Positions 44,510-58,490 of a stretch of 64,000 nucleotides of DNA are shown piece after piece; position 1 is the stretch's first letter; every line of letters begins with the position of its first letter. Location of the stretch: the NCBI RefSeq assembly GCF_009914755.1, contig NC_060940.1; one strand, given 5' to 3'. The position numbers were made by a program, and so were the translations under genes. The stretch is from the human T2T-CHM13v2.0 reference genome, Homo sapiens. The notes under the pieces are model-generated. The model saw only the letters and a program-made list of their open reading frames with translations. It searched no databases and had not been told where the DNA came from.

Positions 44510-45731
44510 CCAGTGGCTGTATTTCTTACAGTATTGTTACTTACATGGTACAGGTTTACATAATATTGAAAACAATAAAATGTAAAAAAATTATACTCTT
44601 CCATTTCTTTGGTTCTTTTAAAAATATTTCCTTTTTTTAGTGTATGTATTTAAAGTGTACAAAACGATGTTTTCCTATATAGAGTGAAATGGTGTTTTGA
44701 GATCTTAAATGTGAAATCTTGTCATATTTCTGCTGTGGTTATTTTCTTATTTTTTCAAAAGTAGAAATGCTTTCATATTCTCACAAGGGAACCACTTAAG
44801 ACAAATGTCAAATTTTCCATGAATGTGGGAAATAGTCGATTACATGAGGGGAAAGGATGTTTGCGGATGAGGCAAACATTCCATCATATGGGCTAAGTCA
44901 AACTGTGACGTCCTTAAAACTATCCTCTGCCATGTTCCTTTCTACCTTCCAAGGTTTAGGAGGAATTTCTCCCCATTAGAACAGGTCAGACATGGACAAA
45001 ATGCCATGTTTTCTAAAGGAGATATTCTACAGAAACTGAGAAACTGGTTAATTTACATAATGCATTTTTGGGTATCCTGAGTTATTTTCATTAAACGTAC
45101 TGGCAAGATCCTTAAGAGGAGTGATTCTGCCTCACACTTTAAAAAATGTTCTCCAAAGGACTTGCTATGGGCTTGGCAAACACTTGCTGAGTTGACTTAC
45201 AAAACACGGTTGGCATGATCTCAGCATTTTAATCATGACAAATCTCAGGGCTGACAAACTGCATGTTGATGTCCTTGTTTTCTATCGAATGAAAATATTT
45301 AATTTTCAGAATGAACTGAAAGTCACCCCGGGTTTACTTAATACCAACCTTGCCTCAGATGACAAATCATTCTCAAGGGCAGCACTGTGTCTCCAGAGGC
45401 CCAGAGCAGGGCCAGGCTCCCTGGATTTTAGCTCTAGGTGTCCTCCCATTTTTCTTTCTTACTGGGTAGATGAAATCTTTATTAAAATCCGAAAGCATGA
45501 TAGTATTTATCCTCAGGGGCTACCATTTATAGAGGAGAACAACTCCCCAAATTGTCGATGAATTAAATCCTCATGACTTTGTCCGCTTTGTAGATGTCTC
45601 CCAATGCAAGCATTTCTGTCTGTAGGTCACCAATGTACCTAATAAAGCTGGGGAATTCATCGCTGAATATTTTCTGATTCACTCATCTTTGAATTCATCT
45701 GCTTTGCTTATGGTGGAAAGAGAAATGTCTC

Positions 45732-46119
45732 TGCATGAGTCCATTCTCGCATTGCTATAATACTCGGGACTGAGTAATTTTTAAAGAAAAGAGGTTTAGT
45801 TGGCTCACGGTTCTGCAGGCTGTACAGGAAATATAGTGGTTTTGGCTTCTGTGGAGGCCTCAAGAAGCTTCCAATCATGGTGGAAGGCAAAGTGGGAGCA
45901 AGGTGTCTTACAAGGCAGGAGCAAGAGAGAGAGGCAGGGGAGATGCTACATACCTTTAAACAACAGGATCTCATGAGAATTCACTTACTACCTCAATGAT
46001 ATTAGCAAGGGGAATATCTGCCCTCATGATCCAGTCACCTCCCACCAGGCCCCACCTCCAACACTGGGGATTACAATTTGACATGAAATTCAGTGAGGAC
46101 ACAGATCTAAACCATACCA
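45732..46119 (-). mobile_element. MSTA-like MaLR solo LTR
   Basis: GGCTCACGGTTCTGCAGGCTGTACAGGAA...CACCTCCCACCAGGCCCCACCTCCAACACTGGGGATTACA...AAACCATACCA; TSD GTCT(C/A). Confidence 0.88.
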
Positions 46120-46416
46120 GTCTATTTAAATGTTTGTGTCCAAAAGGGAACATTTTTGGGTACTTTTATCTTTTCCATTAATTTGGTAAATGATCATTTA
46201 AACCCAAGGAAGAAGTTTCTCAAACTAAATAATTATACTGATATTCTCCTAAGTTAAAATAAAGTTTTTGTTACTGTTGTTGTAGCAAATCTCTTGTTAA
46301 TCAATTTTATCATTAGAGTCTCAGACAGTCAAAAGTGTGAGTTAATCCCAGCGTGCATGTTTTTGGTAAAGTGTAACGATGGAGGAAGAAAGTTGTGGTT
46401 GCTTGCTTGCTTGTAA

Positions 46417-46972
46417 TGTGTCTGGAGTTGGTTCCTTCCACTGGGTTCGTGGTCTCGCTGACTTCAAGAATGAAGCCAGGGACCATCAAGGTGAGTGTCA
46501 ACAGCTCTAAAGATGGCACAGACCCAAAGAGTGAGCAGTAGCAAGGTTTATTGTGAAGAGCAAAAGAACAAAGCTTCCACACTGTGTAAGGGGACCTGAG
46601 CGAGTAGGAGGTGCTGGCTGGGGTGGCCAGCTTTTATTCCCTTATCTGTCCCCACCCACGTTCCGTTTTTGTCCTATCAGAGTGCTCTTTTTTCAGTCCT
46701 CCCTGCTATTGGTTACTTTTGGGATCTTGCTGATTGGTGCGTTTTACAGAGCACTGATTGGTGCATTTTACAGGGCACTGATAGGTGCGTTTTACAGAGT
46801 GCTGATTGGTGCATTTTACAATCCTCTTGCTACAGAGCGCTGATTGGTGCATTTTACAATCCCCTTGCTAGCTACAGAGTGCTGATTGGTGCATTTTACA
46901 ATCCTCTTGTAAGACAGAAAAGTTCTCCAAGTCCCCTCTCGACCCAGGAAGTCCAGCTGGCTTCACCTCTCA
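46417..46972 (-). mobile_element. LTR12 family (LTR12F-like, ERV9) solo LTR
   Basis: Minus strand starts TGAGAGGTGAAGCCAGCTGG and ends ...AACTCCAGACACA; tandem GCTGATTGGTGCATTTTACA repeats; 556 bp. Confidence 0.92.
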
Positions 46973-47940
46973 GCAGGAGTGCTTCAAAAAATTTTCACCT
47001 GTCTTCTGTTTTTTCTACTACTAAGTGGGGGGCATCCCCATACTTCTCAGTTAAATGTAATACAACTTCCTTTATAATCTTAAACTTCCGGTCTATGCAT
47101 TCTTTTTGTAATCTTTACAAATTACAATGCTAATCATCTTAGGGATTTTTTTTTTCTCACCTTACAGTTAATTCATTTTGCACAAATTTTAAGCTAGGAC
47201 AGAAGTTTTGACCCAAGGATCCCATCAAAGGTATTGGTTTTTCCCTCCAAGGAGTTTTCAGAAAACTGAGTCCCAGATAGCAATCAGATTTTTGTTATCA
47301 AACATCCCAAAGACTACGATATCTGTCGTAAGTAAAATACCCATAAATTATTGGGTATTTTATCCTACTAGGGGTCAGAAGTATACAGTGTATTTACGTT
47401 TTATCATATATTAGGGATCTGAAAGTGACATACTATTTTATGGCTATAAAGAAAAAAAGAATGAGCTCATATTCAAGGGAACATTGCATTTTTTATATTG
47501 AGAAAATAATTTTAAGACAAAGGTAATGAGGAACCCAATGGAAATTGCTAGTAGACTCTCTAAGGTGTCAAGTACTGAGTGATTCTTTTGTCTGTACATT
47601 TCTCATGTCTTACATGGCATTGTAAAGGCAATCCGGTCTTTTCGTTCATGTGGTTTTGGATCTTTTCAACAATGGCATTATTCTTTGTACTTAGAAGCTT
47701 GGCAGGCACTAGAACCCATCTTTCAAGCAGAACAGGCTGAAGACATGAGGACATACAGCTGCAGCTTGAAGGACGTTGCACAGAATATTAACCCTGCTTC
47801 TCTCAGAACAGAGTCTTGCAACTGAGCAAATGAAGCAATCAGTAGCTCCACAAATAAGACACTGCAACAAATTAAAAAGTACCTAAGATGCTCTTGTAGT
47901 CTGTGATAACAACTATGCACGACAGAAAGGTTTGTGAAAA

Positions 47941-49850
<1,910 letters not shown>

Positions 49851-51069
49851 AAAGGCTTGTGAAACACACTAATCAGAGAATATAAATATGATCAGGGGTT
49901 ACAGGGGCAGCATACCTGATTACTCGGCCTGTTTTGGGGCCAGACATGGAGATACCAAGTTTAGGGACAACCAAATGAGAATTCATTAAGACTCACAGCA
50001 CAAAGCTACCTCAAAGGAATCCAAAACGCCAAAATGACACATAACATGAAAAAAACTAATTGCAATTCTAAAGAAAACTGAAGTCCGCGAATTGTGTGTG
50101 CGCGTTTGTGTGCATCTTTTATTTTTCCAGATATTTGTTTGCAAAGTTAACACAGTTTTCCCTTTGTATTTTTCCCCCACTCCACAGGTGCATTTCTTGT
50201 TCCCAGTCCTAAGTAGCGTTTACCCCCTTTTCCATCAGTAAGCAATGGTTCGGCAAAGCCAAGAGGTTATCTGATCTTCATCCTGGAAGGATGGTGATCC
50301 TTTGCTGGTGACTTGCATTTTCTGCCTAGAAATCTAAACAATTTTTCTTTGTTTTCAAGGTTAAAAATTTTAACCAGAATATAGCTTAAGGTTAGTATTT
50401 CTCTACAAGTCTATTATTAACTTGCTTTTTATCTGTAATTCTGTTATCTCTTTGTTTTAGGGAATTCTTTTGGCTATTCTATCTTTGATGGATTTTTCAT
50501 TGGTGGGTTCTCTACTTCAGGAACATCAATTGTCTTTATATTGATCACTTTTTGACTGTCTTCCATATTGATTACATTGTCTCTTGTTGCTTTGTCTTTT
50601 GTTTTCTGCACTCACTACGATTAAATTAAGCCTTTTCTTTATATCAGAATTTTAATTTAGCTAATTGTATTTCAGTCTTTGCTATTCTAATTTATCTATC
50701 AGTTCAATGGTAGTGTTGTTTTAGCCCTCAGTTTCTTCTTTAACTTTGCAGTCTTTCTTTTCTTCTTGTTTCATTGTTTCATAATGTTTGATTTCCTTTA
50801 AAATATGTATGTTATTTCATTAACAACATGATGCGGTTGCATAAAATTGTCTTCCTTTCCTTGGCTTATGTTTTCTTCCAGATTAAGTCCTTCATTTGTC
50901 ATTTTTGTGTTCAATTTTATTCATTCAATATTGAGTTATTGAGCATCTATTATGTGTCAGGCACTATTCTTAATGTTAGGGAAAAGCCTGTTAGGGAAAC
51001 CACATTCCTGCCCTCATGGATATCACATCTCAGACAGAGAAGTCAAACAACAAATAAATAAATCTATAC

Positions 51070-51228
51070 TAAAACATCAAGCTGGTCAGTATTTTGGGTT
51101 TGTGAACTCCTGGCTAACTGCTCAACTCTCAACTTCTCCATTGCCAGTGCCACGTAAAAGCAGCCACAGACAATAGGTAAACTAATGAGCGTTGCTGTGT
51201 TCCAAGAAAACTTTGCTGACACCTGCTT
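51070..51228. mobile_element. MER58-like hAT-Charlie MITE
   Basis: ACTGCTCAACTCT...AAAGCAGCCACAGACAATAGGTAAACTAATGAGCGTTGCTGTGTTCCAA. Confidence 0.7.
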
Positions 51229-51769
51229 TCCGGCAACTGTTTACATTTACCGATGTTATTCTCATCCTCGTTTTGGTATTGCTTTCTGAGGTCATTGCGC
51301 TTACTGATGTTATGACAATGAGGTATAAAGTCCAGTAAAGAGAAAAAAGGATGATGACCATCCCCAGGGACACGTGTTGAGCCCTTTCCTTCACTTAACA
51401 ATTATTTCAAGACCAAGGGGAAAGGGTCATTTTGGCCTCTCCTGGCCATGATCCATTTCTGGTTGTCTGTATATAAGAACGTGAAGGTTGGAATCTGATA
51501 CTGGCTTCATCCTGCAACTCTCCAGGCCCGCTACTGGGGGGACTATCAACTAATGGGGGACCCAGATAATAAGAAAACATGGACATCCACCAATGAAAGT
51601 TCCCTAATGGAGTAAGAGGTCACAGGCATGTTGTAATGACACCTGCTGACTTAGTACTGCTCCTACTGCCTGATTTCTTTTATGAACATGGTAGACTTAA
51701 ACATTTAAGTGTCAGCTTATTTTTCTAGGCCACGAAAATACTTTAAAAATACATTTTAAAATTCTTATT

Positions 51770-51980
51770 ACCAGCCTGGGCAACATAGTGAGACATTATC
51801 TCTACTAAAAGTGAAAGAAGAAAATTAGCCAGGCCTGGTGGTGGATGGTTGTCATCCCAGCTACTCCAGGGGCAGAGGCAGGAGGCTCACTTGAGCCCAG
51901 GAGTTCGAATTCGCAATGAGATATGATCGTACCACTGCACTCCAGCCTGGGAAACAGAGTGAGACCCTGTCTCAAAAAAG
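51770..51980 (+). mobile_element. 5'-truncated AluJ
   Basis: CCAGCCTGGGCAACATAGTGAGAC...CTTGAGCCCAGGAGTTCG. Confidence 0.85.
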
Positions 51981-52061
51981 CCCTCTTATTTTAAAAAACA
52001 GTTTTTATTCACTGCAGAAACAAATGCGGATAGGCAAAGAGAAGAAAATAAATATGATCCT

Positions 52062-52445
<384 letters not shown>

Positions 52446-52861
52446 CTATAAAAATATTAATATATGTGAAATGTATTATTATAAACTAAAACACTAAAAT
52501 TAAAATGGACTCATATTGAATATGTAGCACTTTGCAGCCATCAGTAAGTAATAGATGAGAGCAATAACATATGTCACCGAGTATGAAATACTCTCAAATT
52601 GGCCTGCTTTATAAACTGCTTTTTGCTCTTACGAGAATATCATGAAAACTTTTATAAGTCTCTGTTTTTTTTGTTTTGTTTTGCTTTTGTTTTTTGCAAT
52701 GGTCACATAGTATTCCACTGCACAGATGTACCATGACTTATTCAAAGAGTCTCTCCTTGTTTGGGAGTTTACTTTGCTTCTATTTTTTCAATATTATGAC
52801 CAACACTGAAATGAATATCCCTTCACCTAAATAGGCATATATTCTTTTTTTTCCCAGGGTG

Positions 52862-53088
52862 CTTTGTTTTTGTTTTGTTTTTAAGACACGGTCTCTCCCT
52901 GTTGCTCAGGCTGGAGAGCACTGGTGTGATCAGCTCACTGTAACCTTTAACTCCTGTGCTCAATGGATCCTCCTGTCTCAGCCTCCCAAGTAGCTGAGTC
53001 TACAGGCCTGCACCAGCACGCCTGGCTAATGCTTTTATAAAATTTTCTTTTTTGTAGAGAAGGAGTCTCCCTTTGTTGCCCAGGCTAG
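52862..53088 (-). mobile_element. Partial AluJ
   Basis: Right arm plus part of the left arm. Confidence 0.85.
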
Positions 53089-53999
53089 CAGTTTGCACTG
53101 TGTAAAAGAATTCTTCTTTACAAACATGCTTTACCTCATTTGGGAGCTGGCCTCATTCTGTGTTGAAAACTTGGTTGCAACCCTTGAGAAAGGGTGGTTC
53201 TCTTTGCTAGTTTTGGTTGGGTGGGAGGAGAGGTAGACAACCCTGGATTAGGATTAGGATATCGATGCTCTGTGAGGCAGTGCCCACAAGGCGATGAGGT
53301 CCACATAACAACTCGAAGAGATTAAGGGATCGGTAGAGGGTAATTGTGTGAGTCAGAAATCCCATTGGGACCATTACTACCTAACACCAGGAGAGCACCA
53401 TTAAACCATTAAATGCTAAAAGTGGCATGAAAAAAATCCAAAGGGTGTCGTCAGCTGACAAAGGGCACAAAATTCATACTCTGGGTTGACATTTAGCCCT
53501 TAACGCACCATGACAGCATGAGGCTCTGTGGGGTGTGTCAGGACGGGGGATCTGACCAAACTCTCCCCTCTCTTGCCATCTGTGGCTCTGCCTCATGTAC
53601 TAATATTACAGAAACCTCTGCGTAAAGACCATGAAATGCATATTTTTTGACATATGAAGCCTCGGCTGCTCATGTCCGTCAGGGAAATATATCCCAAGAT
53701 GGGCGGAGCTTTCACATTTTACTCATATTTACACTTTTTATTTAAGCCCCCTGTTATTTCTCTGAGAGTCTAGGATACAGCAGGCTCTGGGGAAATAAGT
53801 ATTGTAAAGTTGGCAGGTAGAAGGGGTTTTTGGCTGTTGTTTTTCAAACATATTACACATATTTTTACATTATTAAAAACACACGCTTCCGCACAACACC
53901 ATTTCCCCAGAAGCCTCTCTGGCTGACTAGTGTCAAGCCTGGTGATTTATAAGATTGTTTGCATATATTATATTTTAAAACACATATTGCTTTTGTAAA

Positions 54000-54330
54000 A
54001 CGCGTATTTATTATACATTTTGGAATTCATAATATGCGCAGAAAAGCAGCCTCCGCCTGGCTGGATCTGAGACAGTCTGTCACGTAAACACATTTCTGGA
54101 AGGGACTTCATACAAATGCTTTAGACGGGGCCAACCAATTCTTCCCTCCGCGGCTCCCATGGTCTCTCCCTCCCTCTCTCTCTCTGTCTCTCTCTCTCAC
54201 ACACACATGCCCCTCTCCCCCTCCTCCTGCACGTCACACCCATACAAATAAATAATAAAAACAGTAATGGAACAACGGCCCCAGAGGAAAGCTCTGTTAG
54301 GAATAAACCTGATTTTCAAAGCTGCACAAA
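54000..54330. promoter_or_regulatory. Putative enhancer/promoter-like element
   Basis: Repeat-free with retained CpGs; TCACGTAAACA (bZIP/bHLH plus forkhead overlap) ~54080, CCAAT ~54136, CACGTCA ~54229, CT/CA tract. Confidence 0.4.
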
Positions 54331-54534
54331 AATCATCAAGCAAAGTAACCTTGTGAAAAGCAACAATTCAGAACCCTATAGATTGGGCGGCCCCAAATTA
54401 GGGAAATGGCTCTGTGAACCCCAGTCAAGTATGTTCTTCAAATACCTCAAGCTGTGACCTTAAGTACAAGACTTGATTTGAAATCAAATTGTGTGGTTGG
54501 TGTACGGGAAGAGTGTTCCAGACCCCGGTCTCCT

Positions 54535-55943
54535 TGGTAAGGCTGTGTGGGTCGGTGTGTGGCTGTGTGGGTGTGTGCGTTGGTGTGTGGCTGTGTGGGT
54601 CTCTGCGTAGCTGTGTGGGTCTCTGCGTAGCTGTGTGGGTGTGTGGGTCTGTGTGTAGCTGTGTGGGTGTATAGGTTTGTGTGTGGCTGTGTGGATGTGT
54701 GGGTTGGTGTGTGAGTGTGAGTGTGTGGGTGTGTGGGTTCATGTGTGGCTGTGTGGCTGTGTGGGTTGGTGTGTGGCTAAGTGGGTTGGTGTGTGGCTGT
54801 GTGGGTCAGTTTGTGGCTGTGTGGGTTGGTGTGTGGCTGTGTGGGTCGGTGTGTGGCTGGTGAGTCGGTGTGTGGGTGTGTGGTTGTGTGGGTGTGTGGG
54901 TTGGTGTGTGGCTGTGTAGGTGTGTGGGTTGGTATGTGTGGCTGTGTGGGTTGGTGTGTGGCTATGTGGGCCAGTGTGTGGCTGTGTGAGTGTGGGTCAG
55001 CGTGTGGGTGTGTGGGTCAGTGTGTGGCTATGTGGGTTTGTATGTGGCTGTGTGAGTGTGTGGGTTGCTGTGTGGCTGTACGGGCCAGTGTGTGGCTGTG
55101 TGGGTGTGTGGGTAAGTGTGTGGCTGTGTGAGTGTGGGTCAGCGTGTCGGTGTGTTGGTTGGTGTGTGGCTGTGTGAGTGTGTGGGTTGCTGTGTGGGCC
55201 AGTGTGTGGGTGTGTGGTCAGTGTATGGCTGTGTGGGTTGGTGAGTGGCTGTGTGGGTCAGTGTATGGGTGTGTGGGTGTGTAGGCCAGTGTGTGGGTGT
55301 GTGGGTCAGTGTGTGGCTGTGTGGGGTGGTGTGTGGGTGTGTGGGCCAGTGTGTGGGTGGTGGGTGTGTGGCTGTGTGGGTCGGTGGGTGGGTGTGTGGG
55401 CCAGTGTGTGGGTGGTGGGTGTGTGGCTGTGTGGGGTGGTGTGTGGGTGTGTGGGCCAGTGTGTGGGTGGTGGGTGTGTGGCTGTGTGGGTCGGTGTGTG
55501 GCTGTGTGGGTTGATGAGTGGCTATGTGGGGTGATGTGTGCATGTGTGGCTGTGTGGGTGTGTGGGTCAGTGTGTGGCTGTGTGGGTCGGTGTGTGGCTG
55601 TATGGGTTGGTGAGTGGCTGTGTGGGTGTGTGGGTCAGTGTGTGGCTGTGTGGATTGGTGTGTGGCTGTGTGGGTTGGTGAGTGGCTATGTGGGTTGATG
55701 TGCGCGTGTGTGGCTGTGTGGCTGTGTGGGTCAGTGTGTGGCTGTGTGGGTCGGTGTGTGGCTGTGTGGGTTGGTGAGTGGCTGTGTGGGTGTGTGGGTA
55801 AGTGTGTGGGTGTGTGGGTCAGTGTGTGGCTGTGTGGGTCAGTGTATGGCTGTGTGGGTTGGTGAGTGGCTGTGTGGGTTGCTGTGTGGGTGTGTGGGTC
55901 AGTGTGTGGATGTGTGGGTTGGTGTACGGCTGTGTGGGTGTGA
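54535..55943. repeat. G/T-rich VNTR, ~20-bp unit GTGTGGCTGTGTGGG(T)(C/T)(G/A)GT
   Basis: Directly visible, ~1.4 kb; source of the 301-aa His/Thr/Pro junk ORF. Confidence 0.96.
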
Positions 55944-56549
55944 GCCGGCAGCAGGCTCATGAAAATCCAGGAAAACAAACATCCCCATTCAGGAGGAGCC
56001 CTCCTCCAAGCCTTCTTGCTGTCCCCTCCGTTCCTCCCTCTCACAGGATAGAGAGCGTCCCCAGCATCTGGGCCGGCGGAGATGGACTGCCTGTGCCCCC
56101 ATTAATGCTCTGACCCTGCACATTTGCTCTTAGCCGTTCAATCTCAGCAGGGAGCCAAGGAGGAGGGTGGGGGTCTGGCTCTTTATCAGCCTCTCTTGCC
56201 TGTCACCCCATGGAGGGAGGGAGGGAGGGAGAGAAGGGGGACTTTGGGGGCTGGGGTGGAGAGGTGGGAAGGAGATGGAAAAGGAGATGAAAGCAGCCAG
56301 AATTATTTCTCAAATAAAAATCCGGCCAGGGGATTGCAGGCTCCCAGTCCCAGACAGAAGCTGGACATCCTTCCATGTGGTTCTGTTTCTCGATCCTGTC
56401 CTATTAGCGTAAAAAGGAAAAAGGAAGGCCAGGTGCTGAGACCTCCTTGCTGATGGGCACTTACAAAATGGAAGGGACGAGATTGCACAGACCTGCCCCT
56501 GCACTGATAGCTGAAGACGCTTTTCTTCACCTACAGAAAATGAGAACCA

Positions 56550-57000
56550 GCTTGGAAAAACAAAAAGGCCGTGCGTCTAGGCTCTGTGACTTGGTCCAGA
56601 TGTGCCAACTTAGCAACTCCCCACGCTGTCCGCAGCGGAGATGGATTTCTTTAACGTTCCTGTTATCAAGCCCTCCTATTTGTCGCCCCCAAACTCAGTT
56701 TCCCCCAGATGTCTTGGACTGCTTCGTTTGAGGCTTCTGCAGCAGCTGCTGCCGCTCTACACAAAAGGCGGCTCCGAGAGCCAAGATTATGTCTTCAGTG
56801 CATTACGGGCACATGCAGTGCGTATATCTTCGGTAAATAACCGCCCGTTTTCACATGGATTATTTAGAATTTCTGATGAAACTGCAGAAATGTCAATGCG
56901 GGGTCTAAGCCACCAATCGGAGAGCGGCTCCGCGACCCCTCTCTTCTTCAGCAAGACTGCTATTATCTTCAAGGGGAAAAAAAACCCTCTTTGTCTCTTG
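56550..57000. promoter_or_regulatory. CpG-retaining, repeat-free enhancer-like block
   Basis: Many CpGs; palindrome GCAGCAGCTGCTGC (E-box) 56739-56752; GTAAATA forkhead-like; CCAATC. Confidence 0.4.
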
Positions 57001-58057
57001 TTATACCTTTTTTATGATCTAGGATGCTGTTAATAACGACTTTGTGTTACATAAAACAGATAAATTAATGTCACCAAGTCCCCAAAGTACTGAATCAACC
57101 CTACTCCTTCAAAGGAAAGCAGAAAGTGTATGAACTGAAGGCCAGGACTGAAGAGGGGCTCCTCTCCTAAAATGGGAGAGGTCCTCCAATCGCTGGCCTG
57201 TTCCTATTTGAAATGCAATATTTAAAAACCGTGTGGCTGGGGAGGAAAATGCCGCTGTCTGGCTGAACATCCCTCCAAAGGGGAAATCGAGCGTGTGGTT
57301 TTAGTTGGTGATTTAAAGCTCCTGTAACTCATTATATGTGTGTGTTCCTGCTCCAGCCATTCAGAGCAAGGGCAGGGTGGGGGGAGGTAGGTGGTTCCCT
57401 CATTAGCAATTACTCTACCCTTTTGGTGGGGATGTAAGAGGGTGACTCAAAACAGCATCTTCAGGGAAGCCCAGCTGTGTGTTTTCAAGGTGGGGAAAAA
57501 ACCTGGCTTTGCACGCCATGTGAAGAGCCCCAGATATGTATCTCTAACAGGAGGGGACGGGGCACATGAAACATTTCTCAGCAGCTCAGAGGTACTGCTC
57601 TCTAATCCACAGCTGAGGTCCTAGGCTGGCAATCCAAGCCATGTCCCCAGGGCACCTTGAGTGCCATCCCCAAGCAGGAGCTGCATCATCCTTTCCTAGT
57701 ACACCCGCTCTGCAAAGCCAGTGTGGCTGGTCTCGGTCCTACTGGTCAGTGGTGGCTAAAGAGACAAAACAACCACCCATTTACCATTCTGGTGAGCCCC
57801 CAGGGGAGCAGGAGACCCTACCAGGTGCACCGAAATGTGGCTACAAACCAGGAATCCAGGAGGGAGTGTGAGAGAAAGGGGATCTGCAGAAAGCCTTGTT
57901 GGGTGGGATGTCCACACCAGGCCCCCTGTGTCAAGTCACCCGGGGCCCCTTTGGGATGCCCCCTTCAGGGGTGCTGAGGAAAGGTGGTTTCTGAGCCTCA
58001 ATTCTAATATGAAGATTATAATGTGGAAGTGATAGGTATTAATTAGAGAGAAATAAC

Positions 58058-58089
<32 letters not shown>

Positions 58090-58139
58090 CATTTATATAT
58101 GAACTAAGAACATAAGCTCATTTCTGTAAATCACAAGGT

Positions 58140-58490
58140 TTCAAACAGTATTCATTGAGTGCTCGCCATATTCCCCAGTGCTAGGCACAGGGGAATCAGG
58201 AAGGAGTCCAAATAGACTCTGTGCCTTCCCTGATGGAGATTATAGCTTCGTGAATTCCCTAACTGACAGCCCCTAACCAAACGATGGGAAGTGAGTATAA
58301 AACTGCAGTGTTCAGCACCATGAGAACCTGAGAGAGAGACTGGAAGCTCATCTGGGAGGTCAGGAAAGCCCCCTCGAAAAAAACACACTAAAGCTGAGAT
58401 GGAAAAGATGAGTTGGCATGAAGCAGGTGAAAAGGTGTTCTAGGAAGAGGGAAGAGCCTGTGCAAAGGCCCTGGGGTGGGCAGGGGCCTG
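58140..58490 (-). mobile_element. L2 fragment
   Basis: TTCATTGAGTGCTCGCCAT...CAGTGCTAGGCAC...GAGGGAAGAGCCTGTGCAAAGGCCCTGGGG. Confidence 0.7.

Noticed and set aside
55139-56044. 301-aa His/Thr/Pro-rich ORF and overlapping Cys/Val/Gly/Trp ORFs
   Set aside because: Stop-free translation of the GT-rich VNTR; low complexity with no coding signature
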